A stretch of DNA of 64,000 bases, from the NCBI GenBank assembly GCA_031364805.1, contig JANLWW010000144.1, forward strand, positions 1,964-65,963. The letters run 5' to 3'. Numbering within the stretch: the stretch's first letter is position 1; the number at the start of each line of letters is the position of its first letter. The stretch is from Acidobacteriota bacterium. Its GTDB lineage: Bacteria > Acidobacteriota > Vicinamibacteria > Vicinamibacterales > UBA2999. The position numbers were made by a program, and so were the translations under genes. Below the pieces are notes generated by a model that worked only from the letters and a program-made list of their open reading frames with translations, was not told where the DNA came from and ran no database searches. This document shows positions 17,985 to 26,352 of this stretch, one piece after another.

Positions 17985-18712
17985 AGGTCGACATCATCAC
18001 GATTTTTCCGCGCATGGTGGAAGCCGGCCTCGCGGAAGGCGTGGTGGGGCGGGCTCGCACCAGTGGATGGATCGACATCGCGGTTCACAACCTCCGCGAT
18101 TTCACGACCGACAAGCATCACGTCGTGGACGATGTGCCGTTTGGCGGCGGCCCGGGCATGGTGATGAAGCCCGAACCGTTCTTTGCCGCGCTCGCCGCGA
18201 TTCGCGCGCGGCGCGGGACGCCGGATGCGGTGGTGATGTTGACGCCGGCGGGCGTGCCGTTTACGCAGGCCGGCGCGCGGCGACTGGTCGGGCTGGGCCA
18301 CTTCGTGCTGCTCTGTGGGCGGTACGAAGGCATCGATGAACGGGTGCGCGAGGCGTTGGCCACTGAAGAGTTGTCGATCGGCGATTACGTGCTGTCGGGA
18401 GGCGAGATTCCGGCGCTGGCGGTGGTTGACGCGGTGGCGCGGCTGGTGCCCGGGGTCGTGGGCGATGAGCAGTCGGTCGACGGGGATTCGTTTACGCGCG
18501 GGTTGCTCGATTACCCGCACTATACGAGACCCGCGGAGTGTGAAGGACGAGCGGTGCCCCCGGTGTTGGTGTCGGGGCATCACGGAGAAATTCGCCGGTG
18601 GCGGCGCAACGCGGCGTTGGCACGGACGGCCGAACGGCGGCCGGACCTGCTGACGGACGCGGCGCTCGACGCCGATGAACACGAGTGGTTGAGTAAAAGG
18701 AGCAAGTCATGA
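17981..18712 (+). CDS. trmD: tRNA (guanine37-N1)-methyltransferase
   Basis: [33 protein letters not shown] and [11 protein letters not shown] motifs. Confidence 0.95.
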   Translation: MKVDIITIFPRMVEAGLAEGVVGRARTSGWIDIAVHNLRDFTTDKHHVVDDVPFGGGPGMVMKPEPFFAALAAIRARRGTPDAVVMLTPAGVPFTQAGARRLVGLGHFVLLCGRYEGIDERVREALATEELSIGDYVLSGGEIPALAVVDAVARLVPGVVGDEQSVDGDSFTRGLLDYPHYTRPAECEGRAVPPVLVSGHHGEIRRWRRNAALARTAERRPDLLTDAALDADEHEWLSKRSKS

Positions 18713-19056
18713 CTACGATGGAGATGGTTGAGAAGGCGCAACTGATCGAACGGCCCCGCATGAAGGCCGGCGATACGGTGCGCGTGCACGTGCGAGTGAA
18801 GGAAGGCGACAAGGAACGCATCCAGGTGTTCGAGGGCATTGTCATCGGCCTGCGCAAGGGCGGTAACCGCGCGACGTTCACGGTGCGCAAGGTGTCGTTC
18901 AGCCAGGGCGTGGAGCGTATCTTCCCGCTGCACTCGCCGACGATCTCCAAGGTCGAAGTGCTGCGTTCCGCCAAGGTCCGCCGCGCCAAGCTCTACTTCC
19001 TGCGCGACCTCAAGGGCAAGGCCGCACGCATGAAGGAAGTCAAAAAGACCTCGTAG
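18709..19056 (+). CDS. rplS: 50S ribosomal protein L19
   Basis: [26 protein letters not shown].. is canonical L19. Confidence 0.97.
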   Translation: MTTMEMVEKAQLIERPRMKAGDTVRVHVRVKEGDKERIQVFEGIVIGLRKGGNRATFTVRKVSFSQGVERIFPLHSPTISKVEVLRSAKVRRAKLYFLRDLKGKAARMKEVKKTS

Positions 19057-19074
19057 TGCGAACGTTGCGCACGG

Positions 19075-19707
19075 GTGCCTGAGGTGCCAAGGGTTTCCGC
19101 GCGCCGAACCATTGAGAACGCGCTCCGGCGATACGGCTTTGTCTGTGTCGCCGGAGTCGATGAAGTGGGACGGGGATGTCTGGCGGGACCGGTGATGGCC
19201 GGCGCGGTCATCCTCGACCCCGGGCGGCGCATTGACGGTCTGGCCGACTCAAAGGCCCTCACCGCGGCCCAGCGCGAGCGTCTGCACGAAGAAATTATTG
19301 GCAAGTCCATCGCCTGGGCTGTCGTGTCCGTCACCCCCGGCGAGATCGACCGCATCAACATCCATCAGGCCACGCTGCAGGCCATGCGGAGGGCCGTCCT
19401 CGCGCTGGCCCCCCTGCCAGATGCAGTTTTGGTAGATGCGTTTCGAATTCCGTCATTGCCGATGGCCCAGCGGGGCGTCATCGGGGGCGACCGCCGCTCG
19501 TCCGCCATAGCCGCCGCGTCGATTGTCGCGAAAGTGACGAGGGATCGCATGATGCATGAGCTTCATACCACTGACCCTCGGTATGGCTTCGACCGACATA
19601 AGGGGTATGCGACGGCCGACCATCTGGCGGCCGTTGCACGGTTTGGCTATTCTCCGCAGCACCGGCGATCGTTCCGACCGGCAAGCCTGTTTGATACCAT
19701 TGCCTGA
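19075..19707 (+). CDS. rnhB: Ribonuclease HII
   Basis: GVDEVGRGCLAGPV and DSKALT motifs. Confidence 0.93.
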   Translation: MPEVPRVSARRTIENALRRYGFVCVAGVDEVGRGCLAGPVMAGAVILDPGRRIDGLADSKALTAAQRERLHEEIIGKSIAWAVVSVTPGEIDRINIHQATLQAMRRAVLALAPLPDAVLVDAFRIPSLPMAQRGVIGGDRRSSAIAAASIVAKVTRDRMMHELHTTDPRYGFDRHKGYATADHLAAVARFGYSPQHRRSFRPASLFDTIA

Positions 19708-19719
19708 GGGCCGTACAAA

Positions 19720-21798
19720 GTGCCGCCGTTCGATCGTGAAGCCGCGCTCAAGACCGCGGAAAAAGCACTACGACAAGGACGCATCGATGCGGCCATCGCG
19801 GAGTACGTCAAGGTCGTCGAGGCCCAACCCCGTGACTGGAACAGCGCCAACGCCCTTGGAGACCTCTACGTACGCGCCAACCAGCTAGACAAGGGCCTGC
19901 AGCAGTTCACCCGCATTGCCGACCATCTCGCCGTCGAGGGGTTCTATCCAAAGGCGGCGGCCCTCTTCAAGAAAATCCTCAAGCTCAAGCCGGACGACGA
20001 GTACGCGTTGCTGCAGTCGGGCGACCTGGCCGCGCGACAGGGCACGCTGGCCGATGCCAAGCAGTACTTCCAGACCGTTGCCGACCGGCGCAAGGCGCGC
20101 GGCGATAAGAAGGGCGCGGCTGAAATTGCCGTTCGCCTGGGAACACTGGATCCGGACGACCTCGAGGCACGCATCCGCGCCGGCCACCTGGCCGCCGAGA
20201 CCGGCGACGTCGTCACCGCGCTCCGTGAGTTCCGTGATGTTGCCGCCCGCTACGAAAAGCAGGACCGCGGCAGCGAGGCCCTTGCGGCGTTGCAGGCCGC
20301 TTTCGATCTCGATCGTTCGGACGACTCCACGCGCACCCGGTTGTTCGGCGCCTATCTCGCGGGCAGCACGCCGGAACTGGCGCGCAAGGTTGCGAGTGGT
20401 GCCAGCGAACTGAAGCAGGTGGCCGCGGCGTTCGAGAGCGCGAGTCAGGCCGATCTGGCACTCGAGGTGCTTGCCGAAGTGGCAGCCGCGGACCCATCCG
20501 ACATCCAGGTGCGAGCCAGCCTCGCACTGGCGTATGTCGCTCGCGGCGAACTCGACAAGGCGCGCACGTACCTGTCGGCCGAAACCGCCGGCAGCGATCC
20601 CGCGTTGTGGCTCACGCTTGGCGAAGTGGAATTGACGGCGGGCCGCCCGGTCGAGGGCCGCGCCGCCATTTCCCAGGCGCTGACACTCGACCGTAACCAG
20701 GCGCAGGCGGCCGTAGTGGTCGGCTGTCGGCTGGCCGACACCAATATCGAGGCCGGGTACCAGTGCATTGACGCGGTGGCCGACGCGGCGCTGGCGGAGG
20801 GCGACTACGCCGCCGCAGCTGTCTCTCTACACGAGTTCACTATTCGCGTCCCCACCCACCTGGTTGCGCTGATGCGGCTGGTCGAGATCTGCGTTGACGG
20901 CGGTCTCGAGTCGACGATGTACGAGGCGCAGGCCCAACTGGCTGACGCCTACCTTAATGTCGGCCGTGGCCTCGAGGCGCGAATCATCAGCGAAGACCTG
21001 GTGGCGCGCGAGCCGTGGAACCGCGCCAACCTCGACCGCTTCCGTCGCGCGCTCGTGATGCTGGGCGAAGCGGACCCCGACGCGATCATTGCCGATCGGC
21101 TGAGCGGTGACAGCCCGTTCCTGGCCACCGAGAAGTTGGACCTGAACGAAGGTGTCTCGTTCGACACGCCGGCGCCGGTGCCGCCGCCACCGCCGGAACC
21201 AAAGGCCCCCAAGCCGGCTGGCAAGGCCGCCGCTAAGTCAGCTGCGAAGACCGCCACTGCTGCGCCTGCTGCAGAGTCAATCATCGACTCTGGCGCGGTC
21301 GAGGTCGACCTCAGCGGCGCTGAAAAAGAGGCGCCGTTGCCGCTGACGCCACCGCCGCCGCGCTCGCTGGACCAGGTCTTCCGCGGCCTGCGCGACGAGT
21401 CGAATCGCCAGTCGTCCGAGGAGGCGGCAGCGGAGCAATACCGGTTGGCCTTGACGTACCACGAGATGGGCATGACCGAGGACGCGGTCAAGGCACTGGA
21501 GGGCGCGGCCAAGTCGCCGCGGCAGCGCTTCGATGCGGCGTCGATGCTCGGGCGGCTGTCCCTCGAGCGCAAAGACCTGCCCCACGCGATTGAGTGGCTC
21601 GAGCGGGCCGCCGAGGCTCCGGCCCCAACCCCCGAGGCCGGCCGATCGCTGTTATACGACCTGGCCATGACGCTCGAGACAGTCGGGGAGGGTTCGCGAG
21701 CCCTCGCTGTGTATGTCGAACTGGAATCCGAGTCTGGCGGCTACCGCGACGTGTCGGAGCACATCGAGCGACTGTCGAAAGTTCAGGCCCGGGGCTGA
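19720..21798 (+). CDS. Large TPR-repeat protein (692 aa) with a central Pro/Ala/Lys linker
   Basis: Repeated TPR-like helices throughout, a PPPPPEPKAPKPAGKAAAKSAAK linker, and a C-terminal TPR module. GTG start. No signal peptide seen. Confidence 0.7.
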   Translation: MPPFDREAALKTAEKALRQGRIDAAIAEYVKVVEAQPRDWNSANALGDLYVRANQLDKGLQQFTRIADHLAVEGFYPKAAALFKKILKLKPDDEYALLQSGDLAARQGTLADAKQYFQTVADRRKARGDKKGAAEIAVRLGTLDPDDLEARIRAGHLAAETGDVVTALREFRDVAARYEKQDRGSEALAALQAAFDLDRSDDSTRTRLFGAYLAGSTPELARKVASGASELKQVAAAFESASQADLALEVLAEVAAADPSDIQVRASLALAYVARGELDKARTYLSAETAGSDPALWLTLGEVELTAGRPVEGRAAISQALTLDRNQAQAAVVVGCRLADTNIEAGYQCIDAVADAALAEGDYAAAAVSLHEFTIRVPTHLVALMRLVEICVDGGLESTMYEAQAQLADAYLNVGRGLEARIISEDLVAREPWNRANLDRFRRALVMLGEADPDAIIADRLSGDSPFLATEKLDLNEGVSFDTPAPVPPPPPEPKAPKPAGKAAAKSAAKTATAAPAAESIIDSGAVEVDLSGAEKEAPLPLTPPPPRSLDQVFRGLRDESNRQSSEEAAAEQYRLALTYHEMGMTEDAVKALEGAAKSPRQRFDAASMLGRLSLERKDLPHAIEWLERAAEAPAPTPEAGRSLLYDLAMTLETVGEGSRALAVYVELESESGGYRDVSEHIERLSKVQARG

Positions 21799-21801
21799 GT
21801 C

Positions 21802-22056
21802 CTGTTCAGGCGCCTTCTCTTCGTCGCCCTCCTGCTCGAAACAGGCCTGCTGCTGGTGCTGATTCCCTGGTCAACTTTCTGGGAGCGCAACTATTTTGTG
21901 GACTGGTCTCCGGTCCTCGAAACGGTCCTCACCAGCAATTACGTCCGCGGTGCGATCAGCGGGCTCGGCATCGTCAATCTCGGCGCGGCGTTAGTTGAAC
22001 TCGCCGACTTCTTGACGGCAAGAGCCCCCGTACCTTCAAACGACGACCCGGCATGA
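21802..22056 (+). CDS. Small predicted two-TM membrane protein (start unresolved)
   Basis: Same frame as the upstream TPR gene, separated from it only by TGA (21796..21798). The first hydrophobic helix (RRLLFVALLLETGLLLVLIPW) lies upstream of the first canonical start (GTG 21856), so CTG 21802 or readthrough is implied. The stop overlaps the next ATG (ATGA). Confidence 0.4.
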   Translation: MFRRLLFVALLLETGLLLVLIPWSTFWERNYFVDWSPVLETVLTSNYVRGAISGLGIVNLGAALVELADFLTARAPVPSNDDPA

Positions 22057-22721
22057 TGCTCTGCCTGGTGACCGACCGGCGTCGGCTTGGCGCCGCACTC
22101 GGCTTGGGCCCGGCGGAGTGGCTCGACGCGCTCCGAGCCCAAGTGTTTGCGGCCGCAGCGGCCGGCATCGATTTGGTGCAGGTCCGGGAGCCGGACCTCG
22201 AGGCTGCTGATCTGACCCGTCTGATGAGGTCACTGCTGGCGGACAACCGGCACACGGCCACGCGGCTGCTGGTGAATGACCGGCTGGATGTCGCGTTGGC
22301 TACAGGAGCCGCGGGCGTTCACCTTAAGGATCGGTCCTTTGCTACGGCGGCTGCTCGAGCCGTTGCTCCCGTCGGATTTCTGGTCGGGAGGTCGGTTCAC
22401 GACGCCTCGACGGCAGTTTCCGCCGGAATTGCGGATTACCTCGTTGCCGGTACCGTGCTGCCGACGGTCTCCAAACCCTTGGGGGTGTGCCTGGGGTGGA
22501 ACGGGTTGGCAGATGTAGTGAAGGCCGCCGGCAACCGGCCGGTGCTCGCGATTGGGGGCATCGACCTGCCATCGATTCCCTTAGTTGCCGCTAGTTGCGC
22601 AGCCGGACTGGCCGCGATCGGGGCTTTCGTTCCGACGGCGGGTCAGGGTCTATCAGAGTTTGTGCAGAAACAGGTGAAGGACATGCGTTTGGCGTTTGAC
22701 TCGGCTCACTCGGTTCCCTAA
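22053..22721 (+). CDS. Thiamine-phosphate synthase family protein (ThiE/TenI-like), paralog 1
   Basis: TIM-barrel ThiE-family pattern (LCLVTD.., LVQVREPDL, LLVNDRLDVALA, GAAGVHL, LAIGGI). Confidence 0.7.
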   Translation: MMLCLVTDRRRLGAALGLGPAEWLDALRAQVFAAAAAGIDLVQVREPDLEAADLTRLMRSLLADNRHTATRLLVNDRLDVALATGAAGVHLKDRSFATAAARAVAPVGFLVGRSVHDASTAVSAGIADYLVAGTVLPTVSKPLGVCLGWNGLADVVKAAGNRPVLAIGGIDLPSIPLVAASCAAGLAAIGAFVPTAGQGLSEFVQKQVKDMRLAFDSAHSVP

Positions 22722-22773
22722 GATGTCGTTCTGCCCCCTTGAAAGATAGGCAGTTCTGGCAATTAACCAACGT

Positions 22774-23550
22774 GTGTCCACCGCTGCATTAGCGATGCAA
22801 CGCCCACTCGGTCCCGCCATGCGTCTCAGGCAGGCCCGTGAGGCGAAAGGTCTGTCCTGCCGGCAGTTGGCAGAGACGACGAAGTTGTCCGTACGCACGA
22901 TCGAGGCGCTGGAAAACGATTGCGTGTCGGCGTTGCCAGAAGGCATCTATCGCCGGTCTATCGTGCGCGCGATTGCCAGCGAAGTGGGACTGAACCCCGA
23001 TCAATTACTGCGCGAGTTTTCTGCTGAGCATCCTGACGACCTGCCGCCTCCCGAATCGGCTGTGATGGCCCAGGCGCAGGCACCCGCCTCGCGTTCATTT
23101 CAAAAAGTGATCGCGCTGGCTGGCGCGGTGCTGCCGCTGCTTGCCGGCATTGCCTACTTCGGCTGGCCGACAGCCCGCGTCACCGACACCGCGTCCCTGG
23201 TCGACGCCGCGCCTTCGCGGCCGGCGCTGCGGGCAGAAGTGCTGCCGGCCGGAGGCTTCACGGAAGCATCGGTGGCGGTGGCACGTCCGGTCGTGGTCAC
23301 ACTCACGATTTCGTCGCGCTGCCAGTTGCGCATTGTCGCGGACGGTCGTGAGGTGCTGGGCCGCACGGTGGAGCAGGGCGAGAGCCATCCCATCGAGCTC
23401 GGCGACGAACTCTGGCTGTTTGGCGACAACGCGTCGGCGGTGCAGTTCAGCATCAACGGACAGGCCGGCCGGCTGCTCGGCGTGCCCGGCGAGGTGCTGT
23501 CGGTCCGCATTGGCCGGGACGACTACGAAGACTATCTGGTCCGATATTGA
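22774..23550 (+). CDS. RodZ-like protein (XRE-type HTH, TM helix, DUF4115-like C-terminal domain)
   Basis: LRQAREAKGLSCRQLAETTKLSVRTIEALEND HTH, a TM helix (VIALAGAVLPLLAGIAYFGW), and a C-terminal beta-rich domain ending ..VQFSINGQ... The start could instead be ATG 22795. Confidence 0.7.
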   Translation: MSTAALAMQRPLGPAMRLRQAREAKGLSCRQLAETTKLSVRTIEALENDCVSALPEGIYRRSIVRAIASEVGLNPDQLLREFSAEHPDDLPPPESAVMAQAQAPASRSFQKVIALAGAVLPLLAGIAYFGWPTARVTDTASLVDAAPSRPALRAEVLPAGGFTEASVAVARPVVVTLTISSRCQLRIVADGREVLGRTVEQGESHPIELGDELWLFGDNASAVQFSINGQAGRLLGVPGEVLSVRIGRDDYEDYLVRY

Positions 23551-24326
23551 TGGATGCTGGCCTCCGCACTCCGCTGCTGGAGTTCTTCCGGCGCGGTGAT
23601 GTGGCGCGCGATGTGCGGCTGATGGCCGCACAAGGCGCCGTGGCGCCGCGACCCCTCGAACAGCTCGGCCTCCTGATGATTCTCACGAGCGACGCCGACT
23701 CGGAAATCCGCGAGACCGCCAACGCCACCTTGCGACAGCTGCCAGACCAATTGGTCGCCAGCTTCATTGCCCGCTCGGACGTCCCCACCGAACTGCGCGA
23801 GTTTTTCATCACCAGGGGCATCACGCCCGCCGACACACCGGCACCGGATTTTGACGAGCCTCTGCTCGATTCCGATGAATCGGGGATCAACTTCGCACAG
23901 GAAGAGGGAGAGTCGGCGCAAACGTTCACGCAGCGCCTGGCCTCGATGTCGGTGCCGGAGAAGGTCAAGTGCGCCATGAAGGGGACGCGTGAAATGCGGT
24001 CGGTGCTGATTCGCGATCCCAACCGCATGGTCGCCTCGGCGGTGCTCAGCTGTCCCAAGGTAAACGACGCCGAGATTGAGTCGTTTGCGAAGATGGGGAA
24101 CGTGTCGGAGGACATCTTGCGAACCATCGCGAGCAGCCGCGCGTGGACCAAGAACTACAGCGTGACACTGAGCCTGGTGAAGAACTCGAAGACGCCGGTC
24201 GCGATGTCGATGAACCTGATGCAGCGCCTTAGCGAGAGCGACGTGCGGAAGCTTTCAACGGACCGGAACGTGGCCGAGGCCCTGCGCCTCGCGGCGCGCA
24301 AGCGCCTGTCGTCGGCCCGGAAGTAG
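23547..24326 (+). CDS. Hypothetical helical-repeat protein (HEAT/ARM-like)
   Basis: 259 aa, repeated alpha-helical segments with an acidic central linker. ATGA overlap with the upstream gene. No motif that I can assign to a named family. Confidence 0.55.
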   Translation: MMDAGLRTPLLEFFRRGDVARDVRLMAAQGAVAPRPLEQLGLLMILTSDADSEIRETANATLRQLPDQLVASFIARSDVPTELREFFITRGITPADTPAPDFDEPLLDSDESGINFAQEEGESAQTFTQRLASMSVPEKVKCAMKGTREMRSVLIRDPNRMVASAVLSCPKVNDAEIESFAKMGNVSEDILRTIASSRAWTKNYSVTLSLVKNSKTPVAMSMNLMQRLSESDVRKLSTDRNVAEALRLAARKRLSSARK

Positions 24327-24519
24327 CCACACCGCCGCGCCGCGCCTGCGCCCACTCCGACCGCATCTGCGACAGTCCATCCATATAGACCGCCACCCGC
24401 TCGCGTTCGTCCTCGTTCGGCATCGTCTTGAGCAGGTCGATCGCGCGTTCTACGTCGCGCTGAATGGTGGCCTTGGTGGCGCCGTAATAGAGCTTCTTGA
24501 TTTCCGCGACCGGATCCAT
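24229..24519 (-). CDS. Small hypothetical protein (96 codons)
   Basis: A plausible helical N-terminal 60 aa (MDPVAEIKKLYYGATKATIQRDVERAIDLLKTMPNEDERERVAVYMDGLSQMRSEW). The Arg/Gly-rich tail overlaps the 3' end of the convergent gene by 98 nt. Confidence 0.45.
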   Translation of the reverse strand: MDPVAEIKKLYYGATKATIQRDVERAIDLLKTMPNEDERERVAVYMDGLSQMRSEWAQARRGGVATSGPTTGACAPRGAGPRPRSGPLKASARRSR

Positions 24520-24527
24520 GGGGGGGA

Positions 24528-24533
24528 AGTATA
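24528..24533 (-). promoter_or_regulatory. Candidate -10 box TATACT, 8 nt (T followed by C7) upstream of ATG 24519
   Basis: Minus strand reads TATACT-TCCCCCCC-ATG. No Shine-Dalgarno sequence. Confidence 0.35.
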
Positions 24534-24615
24534 AGGCGTCCGACCCCGTGGAGGTTGGTCTATTGAGTGGCGGCCGATCTCACGCGGGGTCAGGCCCCGG
24601 TCCACAGGCCGGCAG

Positions 24616-26352
24616 TTAGCGGTTACGCCGGAGCGTCTGGCGGAACTTGGCCAACGGCAGCGTGTTGATCACGTCGTCTTTACCCAGCCAGGCGCGGCGC
24701 GCGGTCAGGACCCCCCAGCGCGTAAAGCCGAGCGCGTCGATCTCGTGAGCATCTGAATTGATGGCGATTTTCACGCCGCGGTCCCTCGCGAGCCGCGCGT
24801 GGCTGTCGGAAAGGTCCAGCCGATAGGGTTGCGAATTGATTTCGAGCGCCACCCCGTTGGCCGCGGCCGCGTCGATCACCTTCTCGATGTTGACGCGGGC
24901 CGGCTCGCGGCGCAGTAGCATGCGTCCCGTCAAGTGGCCGATGATGTCGACCGATGGATGCTCGATCGCCTTGATCACACGCGCCGTCATCTCCACTTCG
25001 TCCTGCTGCATGGCCGAGTGCACGGAGGCGACGACGATATCGAGGGCGGCGAGGCAGTCGTCCTCCAGATCGAGCCGGCCGTCAGCGAGAATGTCGCACT
25101 CGATCCCGGCGAGCACGGTGAACCCTGTGATCGTCGCCGAGTGGGCGCGAATCCGCTCGGCCGCCGCGAACGCGCGGGCTTCGTCGAGCCCGTTGGTCAT
25201 GGCGAGCGATTGGGTGTGATCCGTGATGGCGATGTACTGCAGACCGCGAGCCTGAGCGGCAGCGACCATGGTCGCCAGGCTCTCCCGGCCATCTGATTCG
25301 GTGGTGTGCATATGCACGTCGCCGCGCAGATCGCCCTGGCTGATCAGGTTGGGCAAGGTGCCGGCGAAGGCGGCGTCGATCTCGCCGCGGTTCTCGCGAA
25401 GTTCAGGAGCGATCCACGCAAGCCCCAACGCCGCGTAGATGCCTTCTTCAGTCGCGCCGGCAATCGCCTGTTCGCTGGCATCGAACAACCCATACTCGTT
25501 GAGCTTCCAGCCGCGCTCGAGTGCGCGGTCACGGAGCGCAATGTTGTGGGCCTTCGATCCGGTGAAGTACTGAAGGGCGGCACCGCGTTGATCGGCAAGC
25601 ACGATCCGAAGGTCGGCCTGGTAGCCTCCGCGCAGAAGCACGCTCGCCTTGGTTGGCCCGTGCCCGATCACTCGTTCCACAGTGGGATACGTGACGAACG
25701 CGTCTGCCAACGCCGCGTCGGCGCCGGTGGCCAGCAGATCCAGATCGCCGCTGGTCTCAGCTCCCCGGCGAACACTGCCGACGGTGACGATGGTGGCCGC
25801 CGGCGCGTGCGCAGACAGGTAGGCGACGAGCGCGTCGGCAACCTCGGTCGCCTTGGCGAGCAGATGGCGGCCGGCGTGACGCTGCCGTTCGTCGAGCGCC
25901 TTGAGGATCAGCTCCTCCTTCTTCGCGCCCATTCCCTTGATGCCGCGAATGCGTCCGGCCTTGGCGGCCTGGCCGAGGTCCTCGAGGCTCTTGATGTGGA
26001 GTTCCTTGTACAGCAGCGCGACGGTCTTGGGGCCAACGCCCTGCAGCCGCAAGACCTCGAGCAGCGTCTCCGGAAATTCCTTCAGCAGCTCGGCGCGAAT
26101 TTCGCAGGTGCCCGTTAGCGCGATCTCGCGAATCCGCGTCGCGAGATCTCTTCCAATGCCCGACCAGGCCCGCAGCCCAGCCTCATCCAGTCCCGACACC
26201 GCCTCGGCGGCGTGGGCGACTACGTCCGCGCCGTTGCGGTAAGCGCGGATCTTGAACGGGTTCTCGCCCTTCAGTTCGAGCAGGTCGGCGATCTCAAGCA
26301 GGACGCGGGCCACCGCGCGATTATCCAGCGGCGCCGGCACGGCGGCGCTCAT
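24616..26352 (-). CDS. polX: Family X DNA polymerase with C-terminal PHP domain (PolX)
   Basis: ENPFKIRAYRNGA helix-hairpin-helix N-terminus, a Pol-beta-like core (GSVRRGAETSGDLDLL), and a PHP domain (GDVHMHTTESDG, ITDH). ATG 26352 overlaps the upstream stop (ATGA). Confidence 0.9.
   Translation of the reverse strand: MSAAVPAPLDNRAVARVLLEIADLLELKGENPFKIRAYRNGADVVAHAAEAVSGLDEAGLRAWSGIGRDLATRIREIALTGTCEIRAELLKEFPETLLEVLRLQGVGPKTVALLYKELHIKSLEDLGQAAKAGRIRGIKGMGAKKEELILKALDERQRHAGRHLLAKATEVADALVAYLSAHAPAATIVTVGSVRRGAETSGDLDLLATGADAALADAFVTYPTVERVIGHGPTKASVLLRGGYQADLRIVLADQRGAALQYFTGSKAHNIALRDRALERGWKLNEYGLFDASEQAIAGATEEGIYAALGLAWIAPELRENRGEIDAAFAGTLPNLISQGDLRGDVHMHTTESDGRESLATMVAAAQARGLQYIAITDHTQSLAMTNGLDEARAFAAAERIRAHSATITGFTVLAGIECDILADGRLDLEDDCLAALDIVVASVHSAMQQDEVEMTARVIKAIEHPSVDIIGHLTGRMLLRREPARVNIEKVIDAAAANGVALEINSQPYRLDLSDSHARLARDRGVKIAINSDAHEIDALGFTRWGVLTARRAWLGKDDVINTLPLAKFRQTLRRNR

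Noticed and set aside
19057-19074. Hairpin GTGCG-AACGTTG-CGCAC between rplS and rnhB, considered as a terminator.
   Set aside because: It has only a 5-bp stem and no U-tract, and rnhB starts immediately after it. It is most likely incidental.
22739-22767. TTGAAA-N17-ATTAAC followed 6 nt later by GTG 22774, considered as another leaderless promoter for the RodZ-like gene.
   Set aside because: The putative -10 (ATTAAC) lacks the key T at position 6 and the A at position 2. An alternative ATG start lies at 22795. The evidence is too weak to list as a feature.
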